From UHGV virus genome UHGV-1374897: DNA of 64,000 nt; one strand, 5' to 3'. Positions 1-8,284 of the stretch are shown here, one piece after another. Each line of letters opens with the position of its first letter. The stretch's first letter is position 1. The position numbers and the translations under genes are program-made. Source of the stretch: a virus. The notes beneath the pieces are model-generated. The model ran no database searches and had not been told where the DNA came from. It was given only the letters and a program-made list of their open reading frames with translations.

Positions 1-34
1 GCATGATTTGTTGAGCGAGTGCGATGGGTTTCAT
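1..34 (-). CDS. 5' end (11 codons) of a paralog of the 76..651 gene; continues beyond the window
   Basis: Positions 1-77 are a near-identical direct repeat of 618-694, which covers the start codon and first codons (MKPIALAQQIM) of the 76..651 gene. Confidence 0.3.
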   Translation of the reverse strand, partial: MKPIALAQQIM

Positions 35-75
35 ATCTGTTTTGTTTTTGTAGAGTGATGTGAGGTTTCTAAATG

Positions 76-651
76 TTAAACTCTCAAATTGCATTGGAAG
101 GAACTCTTGTGGAGTGAGAGGATTTCATCCTTAGATAGCGTGCTCATGTTAAGCACCATGTGGTCAGGCGTCATGGACAGAATCTCCGCACCCGGCTCCG
201 TAGGAAATATACAACCCAATTTAACGGAGCGGGCAAGAGATGGACGAGCCTTAAACATAGCATCGTAAAGGGTTTTGCTATACCTAACGGCGTAAAAATT
301 ATGGTAGGAAAATAGGGTGGCATAATCATGGTTTTCTCCGCGCTTCACCTTATGGTAGTTGAGACGAAGGATGCGCACCGTTCTATCCTCATAGGCATTC
401 GGGTCGTAGAGTGTCCTAATCGCAAAGAAGATGCCTGACGTGAATACCTCCCCAATACCAAAGGATTCAATCAGGAATTTGGTCTGTTCAGATTGGAGAA
501 TATTATCCTCCGGGTTCCGGGGAATATAGAACTCTCCCTTGACATGGGCAGGAAGAACAATAGGGCTTCCAAGTTTTCCGGTACGACCATTATTATCCCG
601 TGCCCAAGAATGAAGGAGCATGATTTGTTGAGCGAGTGCGATGGGTTTCAT
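76..651 (-). CDS. hypothetical early protein (191 aa)
   Basis: Long minus-strand ORF in the early block; upstream region carries the conserved ATTAGAACC...ATG leader. Confidence 0.6.
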   Translation of the reverse strand: MKPIALAQQIMLLHSWARDNNGRTGKLGSPIVLPAHVKGEFYIPRNPEDNILQSEQTKFLIESFGIGEVFTSGIFFAIRTLYDPNAYEDRTVRILRLNYHKVKRGENHDYATLFSYHNFYAVRYSKTLYDAMFKARPSLARSVKLGCIFPTEPGAEILSMTPDHMVLNMSTLSKDEILSLHKSSFQCNLRV

Positions 652-689
652 ATCTGTTTTGTTTTTGTAGAGCCATGTGGGGGTTCTAA

Positions 690-1043
690 TTAGAAGATAG
701 GTCGAGTGAATCCCATATCTTCAAGGCAACGGGCGAGGCGATTTGCCTCCAGCTGGTGCCGCTCTAGGCGTCGGCGTATGATGTCAATGCCCCACTCTAC
801 CAATAGCTGGAAGACAAACCAGCCTGTGATGATGACGCACCATGTAAGGTACGATATGAGAAGTTCACCAGTGGCAAGGAGATAACCTAAACAAACCAGT
901 GCGCTTACGAGGGCAACAATGCCCACTACCGAATGCAGGTGCTCCACGAGGCTCCACAGGGTATGAAGCCTGTCGGCTCGCCCGATGTGGTGGAGACATT
1001 GCTTGCGGAGGATGACGACGTTAGATTCTTTTTCGGGTGTCAT
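690..1043 (-). CDS. hypothetical small membrane protein (117 aa, two hydrophobic helices)
   Basis: ORF on the early-block strand; hydrophobic stretches VVGIVALVSALVCLGYLL and WCVIITGWFVFQLL; conserved upstream leader. Confidence 0.55.
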   Translation of the reverse strand: MTPEKESNVVILRKQCLHHIGRADRLHTLWSLVEHLHSVVGIVALVSALVCLGYLLATGELLISYLTWCVIITGWFVFQLLVEWGIDIIRRRLERHQLEANRLARCLEDMGFTRPIF

Positions 1044-1073
1044 ACTATAGAGCTATGTGAGAGTTCTAAAGGT

Positions 1074-1679
1074 TCAACGGAGTACGAGCTTCACGGTTTC
1101 CAGATTCAAATCGTCGTTCCATTTGTTGCTCGTAAACTTCACCATGCAGGGGAGGAAGAAACGTTCTGCCAGCTTGCGAACCTTTATGGAATTGATATTG
1201 TTCATAGATTCCTTATCGGGTGTGAGGAATCGGAAGCGCATATAGGTGAGGCTACCATCAACCATGAAGTCCACCGCCCCCGCTTCCTGCGCAATACGCA
1301 GTCCCACTTCCTGCCAGTTCTGATTCACCACCGCAGTAAAGTGCTTTGCCAGTTCTATGGCATCCCCTACAGTCAGAGCCGCCGTTTCCGCAAGTTTCCA
1401 CACCGTGCCATTCCACTTCAACTTGTGGAGCCGGACAATGCACGCGCCATTGTGTGTGCGTTCCAGTTCGATTGCGTAGGGCCGCATGTACGGCTTAACA
1501 TATGCCGTTCCTTCTCCATTCCATTCGGAAGGCCTGTCTATCCTATGGGATATTACACCTGCCTTAAAAGAAAAGATTGCAGGTTGAAGTTTATTGATTC
1601 GATTTGTGAGCTTAAGCCATTCCGTGCGGGAAAGTTCATCACGTTTCCTGCCTGTAATATCAATGTCAAATGCAGTCAT
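1074..1679 (-). CDS. hypothetical early protein (201 aa)
   Basis: ORF on the early-block strand with the conserved ATTAGAACC upstream motif. Confidence 0.55.
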   Translation of the reverse strand: MTAFDIDITGRKRDELSRTEWLKLTNRINKLQPAIFSFKAGVISHRIDRPSEWNGEGTAYVKPYMRPYAIELERTHNGACIVRLHKLKWNGTVWKLAETAALTVGDAIELAKHFTAVVNQNWQEVGLRIAQEAGAVDFMVDGSLTYMRFRFLTPDKESMNNINSIKVRKLAERFFLPCMVKFTSNKWNDDLNLETVKLVLR

Positions 1680-1928
1680 AATTTTGTAGTGTTCTTTGTT
1701 GGTTCTAATAGGAAGAAATAATTTTTAGTATGTATGATACAATCCTTCAAGGATATGTGCATAGGCTTCAACTTGTTCGGTAGGTACGATATGGAAGCCA
1801 TTGCAACTTGCGAGCCGTTCAATATCCCTCATTTGCCGGGTAGTAGTTTGTGAATATTCTTTGGTTGTAACATACAGTACTTTGCCTCGACGGTCAAGGG
1901 TGGCAACGTGCGTTTGATAGGAGAAAAG

Positions 1929-2054
1929 TCAGTTGCCCTGCCATGACATAGAGCGCAAACGCCATCCGTCTAATCCGGTTCGCAAGGGAGACTTGCCACT
2001 TTCTTTTCTGCCTTCAATGTATTCCTTGCCTAATTTTTCAATGTAGGTTCTCAT
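1929..2054 (-). CDS. possible micro-protein (41 aa, MRTYIEKLGKEY...)
   Basis: Below the 60-aa ORF cutoff, but it is preceded by the same ATTAGAACC...ATG leader as neighbouring early genes; the 1725-1928 stretch holds further short ORFs. Confidence 0.3.
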   Translation of the reverse strand: MRTYIEKLGKEYIEGRKESGKSPLRTGLDGWRLRSMSWQGN

Positions 2055-2122
2055 GGTGTTTTGTTATTTGGTTAGAGTTATTTGAGGGTTCTAATAAATA
2101 GGGTAGCTGGGGCGGGTTTAGG

Positions 2123-2872
2123 TCATGCCCTGTAGGAGGGAAGGGTAGAAACGGTTGTGTGGTTATAGTCGAAGCGAGAGTATTGTACACCAGTCAGGCT
2201 TTCAAGGTCTTGCTTCAATCTCTTCACTTGTTCTTCCACTTTAACGGCTTGTGCAAAATAGGCGCACACGTAGTCGGAATCGCAAAGGCGGGTATTTGAT
2301 TCCTCAATCTCCCGGAGCTTGGTATCAAGGCGAACCATATCATTGAAGATTCCTTCAATGAATTTCTCCATGTCCCTTCCGGTGACAATTCGCTTCTGCT
2401 TTTGCGTCAGCTCATTGACGTCAAACTTAAAGGAAATATTCACGGAATCAAACATGCCGGGGAGGATATGATGAAACACCACTTGCGGCCACGTATAGCG
2501 GCTCCAATTTATGTAAGCGTGGATTTTAATGTCCGCCTCAACACTTTGTGTAATTGCGGTGGCCAGACAGTCTTCCAGCATCCGGTCTACTCGGACGTTA
2601 TAGACCTTACCTGCAAACCGGGGGAGGCGTTCGGCCACTAGTGCCAGCATGCGGTGAGTAATAAGGGCGGCCAGACCGTGAGCGGCATTATCTCGGACGA
2701 CCTGTTTCAGGTTATGCCCCATGTTGCGCACCGAGATGACATAGTCATTCTGATTATTCTCCATGAGGTCATCCCGTGTTTCAGCTACGGCGGCATCGAT
2801 AGCGGCATTTGCCCGTTCAATAAGGGCATCAATGGCGGTGACAGTGGTGGGGATTGTGATTGTAGTATTCAT
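2123..2872 (-). CDS. hypothetical early protein (249 aa)
   Basis: ORF directly downstream of early promoter/hairpin cassette E1. Confidence 0.6.
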   Translation of the reverse strand: MNTTITIPTTVTAIDALIERANAAIDAAVAETRDDLMENNQNDYVISVRNMGHNLKQVVRDNAAHGLAALITHRMLALVAERLPRFAGKVYNVRVDRMLEDCLATAITQSVEADIKIHAYINWSRYTWPQVVFHHILPGMFDSVNISFKFDVNELTQKQKRIVTGRDMEKFIEGIFNDMVRLDTKLREIEESNTRLCDSDYVCAYFAQAVKVEEQVKRLKQDLESLTGVQYSRFDYNHTTVSTLPSYRA

Positions 2873-2914
2873 AGTATTATTCTTTCTATCGGTTTATTGT
2901 TGTTTGGTTTATTG

Positions 2915-3000
2915 TTGCGGGGCTTGTCCCCGTTGGATAGTTTCAGGTTAGCAGATTTTCTTACCTTGTCAAATACTTTTTATATGTATGACAAAAGGCG
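2915..3000 (-). promoter_or_regulatory. early promoter cassette E1: A/T-rich upstream element, -35 TTGACA, 16-bp spacer, -10 TAACCT, then 5' stem-loop CGGGG-cttgt-CCCCG (2918-2932)
   Basis: A conserved sequence (minus-strand reading AAAAAGTATTTGACAAGGTAAGAAAATCTG) recurs at five early intergenic sites; the GC hairpin starts about 6 nt after the predicted transcription start. Confidence 0.5.
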
Positions 3001-3008
3001 TATCCTAT

Positions 3009-3437
3009 TTATTTTGAGAAGAGAACAACGAGGGGTACAGGAATATCCAAAAAGTTTCTATCCGTGTAGAGAGTAAAAGAATCGGAGTTTGTGCCATAAT
3101 ACTGCACGGCTCTTTCCCGGAATACTCTAATAGAGTTGCTTCTCACATACGGTTCGGCTTTCGGTTCGCACGTAGGAACGGTGGTTGTGCAATCGGAAAG
3201 ACGAGCACGGAACCTTTCTGTATTTTCAATCAAGTCCTGCACCTTGTATGCGTTAAACTCTACAAGTTTAATGCTAACGGCATTCTGAATACTGACGTGT
3301 TCATGAATCTCATGCTCGTCCGGGTAGTAGTCATAGGTGCGCACAATGCGGCACTTTTCACCTCGGCTATTAACGGCGTTTGATGAAACGTCTTGCGCTT
3401 CCGTAGTTCCCCATACTTCAATCTCATTTTCTTTCAT
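3009..3437 (-). CDS. hypothetical early protein (142 aa)
   Basis: ORF downstream of cassette E2. Confidence 0.55.
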   Translation of the reverse strand: MKENEIEVWGTTEAQDVSSNAVNSRGEKCRIVRTYDYYPDEHEIHEHVSIQNAVSIKLVEFNAYKVQDLIENTERFRARLSDCTTTVPTCEPKAEPYVRSNSIRVFRERAVQYYGTNSDSFTLYTDRNFLDIPVPLVVLFSK

Positions 3438-3462
3438 AGTATTATTCTTTCTATTGTTTTGT

Positions 3463-3560
3463 TGATATAGTTGCCACCCTTCCGGTGGCTGATGAATGTA
3501 CTTTAGCAGATTTTCTTATCTTGTCAAATACTTTTTGTAGAGCGGCGTAGTTATTCAGCT
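3463..3560 (-). promoter_or_regulatory. early promoter cassette E2 (TTGACA-N16-TAAAGT, then hairpin GCCACC-cttcc-GGTGGC)
   Basis: Same conserved cassette as E1. Confidence 0.5.
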
Positions 3561-3576
3561 TTAACGGGTTCCATAT

Positions 3577-3966
3577 TCATTGAATGATACGCAGATAAGA
3601 TACATGCTGAGAATTAGAATGCCGGGTATCTTCTACCTGTTGGACGTTTTCAATGCCGAAAGGGAACCATGCTATCTTTTCCGCTAGCGATAATCTTTCA
3701 AGGGTTAAATACGGGGATTCATCCACGGATGAAATTATCATAACGTCATAAGCACCTACTCGATAGATAGAAAACGTATCTTTCAGGCGCATGCTTCCCG
3801 GCTTGGCAAACTTGTCCAGTAGTACTTCCGAAACCGCCCACACGGCGGGGGAAAGAGTATACTCTTTTCGGTGCAAGGAATTAAAGCTTTCAATAGTCAG
3901 GTGTACTTTGCCATTACCTTCTACTTTTATTTCCTTTCTGATATGTAATTCTGATATGTCTTTCAT
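3577..3966 (-). CDS. hypothetical early protein (129 aa)
   Basis: ORF on the early-block strand. Confidence 0.55.
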   Translation of the reverse strand: MKDISELHIRKEIKVEGNGKVHLTIESFNSLHRKEYTLSPAVWAVSEVLLDKFAKPGSMRLKDTFSIYRVGAYDVMIISSVDESPYLTLERLSLAEKIAWFPFGIENVQQVEDTRHSNSQHVSYLRIIQ

Positions 3967-3995
3967 GGTCTGTAATTTATGATTGGTTTATTGTT

Positions 3996-4151
3996 AAACC
4001 CCGGAATCCCCGGAACCCGTTGCACCCGATATCCCCCGCATTCCGGGGGCGGGAATTATTCCTTTGTCTTTCTACTTTATCTTTCTATGTGGTTAGAGTT
4101 ATTTGACGGGTTCCGGGGATTCCGGGGTTTAAATGTTCCATGTGGAACAAT
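3996..4151. repeat. Composite inverted-repeat element: perfect 23-bp IR (3996-4018 and 4108-4130, with CCGGAA motifs) flanking an 89-bp spacer, followed by the 14-bp palindrome GTTCCATGTGGAAC (4135-4148)
   Basis: The two arms are exact reverse complements; the palindrome and 21 bp of its context recur identically at 8296-8319. Confidence 0.8.
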
Positions 4152-4181
4152 TTTGATTCCCCGGAACAAGCCGCAAGTGGT

Positions 4182-4715
4182 TTATATTCTTCCAGTTACC
4201 AGCGTTTGGCCGTGCATCGTCCGAACCCAGAAATTAACGATATCACGGGGACGGGGGGATACATTGTGCCCGTTCATATCGGTGAAAGTATGTCCCGTTT
4301 CTACCAAGGCTATCAGATTGCGGATGACACTCCGCAGGGTTTGATTTCCTTTCAGATACACCTTTACCCGGCTACCGTCTGTGAGCTTAAGTTCAAGGTA
4401 GCAGTTAGTCATCCGGCAACCCGGATTTATCCATGATAGGACGGCACCCATAAAGCGAGGCAGGACATAGTATTTTACACAGTCACAGGGCAAGCCAAAG
4501 GCGGGCGTGCTGGTGAAATGTGCTTCCGGCTGGTCGTCCACAGGGCAAACTAGGAAATAATCTTTTTCCCACTCTTCAATGTTTTCAAGGTCTTCATCTC
4601 TCATATCTTCCTTGCCTTCCCCGTATTCAAGGGGATAGACTGCCCATTCTGGAATGTAATGGATAAGGGCATAGTCCGATACTTTAAGCACTTCCGGTTT
4701 AGTTGTAGTCTTCAT
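4182..4715 (-). CDS. hypothetical early protein (177 aa)
   Basis: ORF on the early-block strand. Confidence 0.55.
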   Translation of the reverse strand: MKTTTKPEVLKVSDYALIHYIPEWAVYPLEYGEGKEDMRDEDLENIEEWEKDYFLVCPVDDQPEAHFTSTPAFGLPCDCVKYYVLPRFMGAVLSWINPGCRMTNCYLELKLTDGSRVKVYLKGNQTLRSVIRNLIALVETGHTFTDMNGHNVSPRPRDIVNFWVRTMHGQTLVTGRI

Positions 4716-4769
4716 AATATGGTTGCTTTCTATTGTTTATTATTAGTTTGATTTTATAGAGCGGCGTAG

Positions 4770-5093
4770 TTATTCAATGGGGAGCGGCGTAATTATAGAA
4801 GCTTTAGCTACTGACTGGCAGAACCGTTGTTCCAGATACCGGTTAATTTCCTCCGGGTCGTAGGTACACCAAGCCCCTAACTCATTCTCATTCACCGCCT
4901 GCCACAAGCGCACAATGTCAGAATCATCTAATGTGGGCAGGGCGTCCCACGGGTATATGTTAAGCAGGGCGGCAATAGGGCGTGCATGTGAAGGTGATGT
5001 GGCGAAAAAGATAAGGGACAGAAGGCCGTCACCGTTTTCGTAGAATGCCCATGCGGGGATTTCATTGTCTTTCAGTTCAATTTGAGTGTTCAT
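4770..5093 (-). CDS. hypothetical early protein (107 aa); paralog of 7143..7505
   Basis: Clear protein similarity to 7143..7505 (MNTQIELKDNEIPAWAFYENGDGLLSL vs MNTQIKLQDGETLTWAVHENGAGILSL; shared HARP.AA...PWD). Confidence 0.6.
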   Translation of the reverse strand: MNTQIELKDNEIPAWAFYENGDGLLSLIFFATSPSHARPIAALLNIYPWDALPTLDDSDIVRLWQAVNENELGAWCTYDPEEINRYLEQRFCQSVAKASIITPLPIE

Positions 5094-5130
5094 GTTATAG
5101 TGTTGTTTAGGTTTTCAGTTGTATGATAAA

Positions 5131-5457
5131 TTAGAGCGGCCAAGAAATAGTTTCCGGGGAATCAGAAAGGGCTAGTACAAAGTCAGTTTCAAACTGTCTT
5201 ATCACAATATATCCGAAGTCCGGTGTATATCCTTTAAGCTTTCCCAGAATGCACCAAGCATCCATTCTGATTTTAATCTCGCTACCCCTTGGCAGGGCGG
5301 CAAGTAGCTTCCTTGCTTTTTCGATTCCCTTGCATACCCTATCCGTAACGGTAAGCATGAGGGCGGTATCTTCCTTCCAGTTATGGGGCAAGATTGTCAT
5401 CTTGTCAGGGTCTGATACGTCCATTTCGTCATAGTCTAATTTTAGTATTTCTTTCAT
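5131..5457 (-). CDS. hypothetical early protein (108 aa)
   Basis: ORF downstream of cassette E3. Confidence 0.55.
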   Translation of the reverse strand: MKEILKLDYDEMDVSDPDKMTILPHNWKEDTALMLTVTDRVCKGIEKARKLLAALPRGSEIKIRMDAWCILGKLKGYTPDFGYIVIRQFETDFVLALSDSPETISWPL

Positions 5458-5487
5458 AAGTTATTTCTTTCTAATGGTTTGAGGTTA

Positions 5488-5580
5488 TGCGGGGGCTTGT
5501 CCCGCTTGCTGATTTTAGTTTATCGGATTTTATTATCTTGTCAAATACTTTTTTAGGGCGGTGTAATTTTTCAGGGGGAA
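5488..5580 (-). promoter_or_regulatory. early promoter cassette E3 (TTGACA-N16-TAAACT, then hairpin around 5491-5510)
   Basis: Conserved cassette. Confidence 0.5.
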
Positions 5581-5581
5581 C

Positions 5582-5884
5582 TTAACGGTTATACACAATC
5601 CTTGCGCCCGCTTCCTCCAGTGCGAGGCATAGCGGGTCGGAAATAAAGGCACGGCTAACTACCATTTCGCCGGGGTGGTAGCTTTCAATGCTTATTGCCC
5701 GCATTTCCCCCGATTCCCGGCACCTGACAAGTAGGCTTGCCTTGCTTCCGGTTGCTTCCGCTAGTGCGGCGATTAGTTCCAGCTCTTCATCATGTCTTGC
5801 GGATAGTTGGAATAGATAGGGGCGTGTTTCCCGGATATGAGCGGCTAAAATATTGATTGCCGTTTTCTTTTCGTCTTCATTCAT
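5582..5884 (-). CDS. hypothetical early protein (100 aa)
   Basis: ORF on the early-block strand. Confidence 0.5.
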   Translation of the reverse strand: MNEDEKKTAINILAAHIRETRPYLFQLSARHDEELELIAALAEATGSKASLLVRCRESGEMRAISIESYHPGEMVVSRAFISDPLCLALEEAGARIVYNR

Positions 5885-5961
5885 GGTCTTATTTCTTTCT
5901 ATTGTTGTTTTTTGATTTTTGATTTTATAGGGCGGTGTAACTTTTCAAGGGAGGTTGGATT

Positions 5962-6390
5962 TTAGTAAATCTCTTCCAGCTCTTCCCATTCACCCGGCCG
6001 GGTGAAGAAGGTTTTAAGTTCCGCATATTCATGGCACGCCCCCGTGTACTTGCTATAGGAAGTCATGTCATAATCCCCCGTTTCCTCGTCATATCGGGGC
6101 AATCCCATTTCTATACAAAAGTCTTGATATGAGCCACAATCGGATTTACACAGACAGGCAAGGACGTCATAGGCGGTTGGCGTCTTGTGCTGGTCGGCGT
6201 GAGACTGGTAGAACGTGATGAAGATTGCTTGCCTTTCGCCCTTTTGAGGACTTTCCCGGTGTAAGACAATTTCCCATGTACTATGAGGCTCTTTGTCCCA
6301 CAAGGGAACATATCTTCCCTTATATTTCCCGGTGATTCTGATTCCACAATTTCTTAGGAATCTTTTTGCGTGTTCTGTATAGATGCTCAT
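5962..6390 (-). CDS. hypothetical early protein (142 aa), Cys/His-rich
   Basis: ORF on the early-block strand; an overlapping 78-aa ORF in another frame is probably spurious. Confidence 0.5.
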   Translation of the reverse strand: MSIYTEHAKRFLRNCGIRITGKYKGRYVPLWDKEPHSTWEIVLHRESPQKGERQAIFITFYQSHADQHKTPTAYDVLACLCKSDCGSYQDFCIEMGLPRYDEETGDYDMTSYSKYTGACHEYAELKTFFTRPGEWEELEEIY

Positions 6391-6459
6391 TGTCTTATTT
6401 CTTTCTATTGTTTAATTGTTAATATGTTAATATGTTAGGGCGGTGTAACTTTTCAGAAA

Positions 6460-7012
6460 TTAAACCCGGCTTACCAGTTTGAGGACAAGGTTTAACCCGT
6501 CATCATAGGTGCGCACCATGTGCCGGCCCGCCCCATAGGTCTCACATTGTGCGGGGGTTAAATAGTAGCGGTGAACGAAAAACGCAGGACTAGGCCGGCC
6601 GTAGCGGTTAAAATCCCATGAGGCAGGGGCCTGTGAATCGTCCCATTGCAACCATGCAACGGGAACATATCTCTGTGAAGTATAAAGGTCTACGAGCTTA
6701 TCAGTAGACAAGGCGAAAAGCCACTTGCCCCCGTGAGAGTGGATTGAATCGAAAACGTCATCCAGCGGGACTACCGCACCGGGGTTTTTGACTAGGGTGG
6801 CAATCTCGCCAGTAGGTAGGATTGTCCACACCGCCGTGACACGCCCGCCGTCACTATCGCCCCCTACGTAGGCAAACCGTTTCGCCCCCTCGTAAAAGTC
6901 CGGGGAATGTACGTCTACCGCCCCCCCGGATTCCGGCCGGGTGCAAGTCCCGGAAATGATTTGCGAGGCCCGTGAATGTGGTTGCGGGTACGTTAATAAT
7001 TTGATTCTTCAT
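6460..7012 (-). pseudogene. early gene interrupted by a +1 frameshift at a G7 (plus-strand C7) tract at 6921-6927: ATG at 7010-7012 gives MKNQIINVPATTFTGLANHFRDLHPAGIRGG..., which leaves the frame of the 123-aa ORF 6460..6831
   Basis: The ATG at 7012 sits at the conserved distance from cassette E4 with the typical A-rich leader. The 6460..6831 ORF has no in-frame ATG (the track start is GTG) and stays open upstream in-frame as far as the homopolymer. Removing one G fuses the two frames. Confidence 0.5.
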
Positions 7013-7055
7013 TGTTTTATTTTCCTTTCTTCTTTTAGTTTTCGTTTTGTTGTCC

Positions 7056-7145
7056 GGGGGTTGTCCCCCGTTGATGATTTCAATTTATCAGATTTTCTTA
7101 CCTTGTCAAATGTTTTTTGTTTTTGTATGACACAATCGTAAGTTA
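7056..7145 (-). promoter_or_regulatory. early promoter cassette E4 (TTGACA-N16-TAAATT, then hairpin CGGGGG-ttgt-CCCCCG)
   Basis: Conserved cassette. Confidence 0.5.
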
Positions 7146-7505
7146 TTCATCCGCAATGTTGAAGGCCTTGCGGGCGGCGTATCCCATGCGGTCTGTCTCC
7201 ATGATTGTCACTAGTTCCCCGGTGGGATAGATAACGGTGTTATGTGCAACCGGACGGCCCGCCTCGTGCCTCAAAAAGCGGTGGATATCCGCAATGTCAT
7301 AGTTAACCCCGTCCCACATGTGCACCATGTCCAAATCCTCAAGGGCGGGGGCAACGTCCCAGGGGAAAATGTCAAACACGGCCGCAACAGGGCGGGCATG
7401 TGCGATTGTTTCTGCGTACAGGACGAGGGACAAAATGCCCGCGCCGTTTTCGTGCACCGCCCATGTGAGAGTTTCACCGTCTTGTAATTTGATTTGAGTG
7501 TTCAT
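7143..7505 (-). CDS. hypothetical early protein (120 aa); paralog of 4770..5093
   Basis: Protein similarity to 4770..5093; downstream of cassette E5. Confidence 0.6.
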   Translation of the reverse strand: MNTQIKLQDGETLTWAVHENGAGILSLVLYAETIAHARPVAAVFDIFPWDVAPALEDLDMVHMWDGVNYDIADIHRFLRHEAGRPVAHNTVIYPTGELVTIMETDRMGYAARKAFNIADE

Positions 7506-7544
7506 GATTTAGTTTCCTTTCTTGTTAGTGTTTCTATTGTTTCC

Positions 7545-7625
7545 GGGGTTGCCCCCGTTGATGATTTAACTTTAACCTATTTTATCTTGTTGTCAAATGT
7601 TTTTTGTTTTTGTATGACACAATTA
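7545..7625 (-). promoter_or_regulatory. early promoter cassette E5 (TTGACA-N16-TAAAGT, then hairpin)
   Basis: Conserved cassette. Confidence 0.5.
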
Positions 7626-7673
7626 TAACACGCAGATAATGAGCGAGTTACAACGCGCCGGAAAGAAAACCAC

Positions 7674-7701
7674 TTGACGCCCCCCGCCAGTATGTTAAAT
7701 T
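7674..7701 (+). promoter_or_regulatory. sigma70-like promoter TTGACG-N16-TAAATT for the rightward gene 7768..8151
   Basis: Good spacing and a TAnnnT -10. Confidence 0.45.
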
Positions 7702-7767
7702 GCAATCATCCACCGGGGAACAACCCGGAAATGAGAACACTAATTAAATAGATAGGAGATTAAAATC

Positions 7768-8151
7768 ATGAACAATCAAACTATAAGCAATGACGCCCCC
7801 GCACCAAGAGACCGGGAAAATAAGATGAAGCTCGTGAGAGCCGCCGCCGCTAATTTAAGAGACACAATCACCTACGCCCGCCTCGCTATTGTGCCGGATA
7901 AGCGGCTCGGAGACGTAGACTATCTTGAGGCGGTGGAAGCTCTCTATTGCGGCCCCCTTGGCACGGATGACGCAGACCCTACAGAGATTTTGCTCTCTGT
8001 CACTTACGGTGCCGGATTGCCCGCCGATAAAGCGGATGATGTTGAGTACGAGCTACGCTTCATTGTTGATTCTCTACCATTCACCCCGGATGACTTTTTC
8101 CGGGGAACAGGAGACGGCACAAAGGAATACGGTGCGGTCTTTACTCTCTAA
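7768..8151 (+). CDS. acidic hypothetical protein (127 aa, about 23 Asp/Glu); the first rightward gene
   Basis: ORF with a strong Shine-Dalgarno (TAGGAGAT, 8 nt before the ATG), unlike the SD-less early genes. The net acidic composition suggests a possible DNA-mimic or anti-restriction role, but this is unproven. Confidence 0.55.
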   Translation: MNNQTISNDAPAPRDRENKMKLVRAAAANLRDTITYARLAIVPDKRLGDVDYLEAVEALYCGPLGTDDADPTEILLSVTYGAGLPADKADDVEYELRFIVDSLPFTPDDFFRGTGDGTKEYGAVFTL

Positions 8152-8221
8152 AAACCAACGGGTTACGATTGTGTCATACAACTTCCCCGGTATCCATTGC
8201 ACCCCCGGATTCCCCGGCACA

Positions 8222-8245
8222 CTATATATAGAGAGAGAGAGAGAC
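8222..8245. repeat. (TA)4(AG)8 microsatellite
   Basis: tatatatagagagagagagagac. Confidence 0.9.
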
Positions 8246-8284
8246 GGCACCCCCGGTTCCTTTGGATTCTTTTGGATTTAAATT

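Noticed and set aside
933-1721. 262-aa plus-strand ORF spanning two minus-strand early genes
   Set aside because: It crosses a conserved intergenic leader and runs antisense to two ORFs that fit the operon pattern. It has no promoter, and its His/Cys/Arg-rich composition is typical of antisense artefacts
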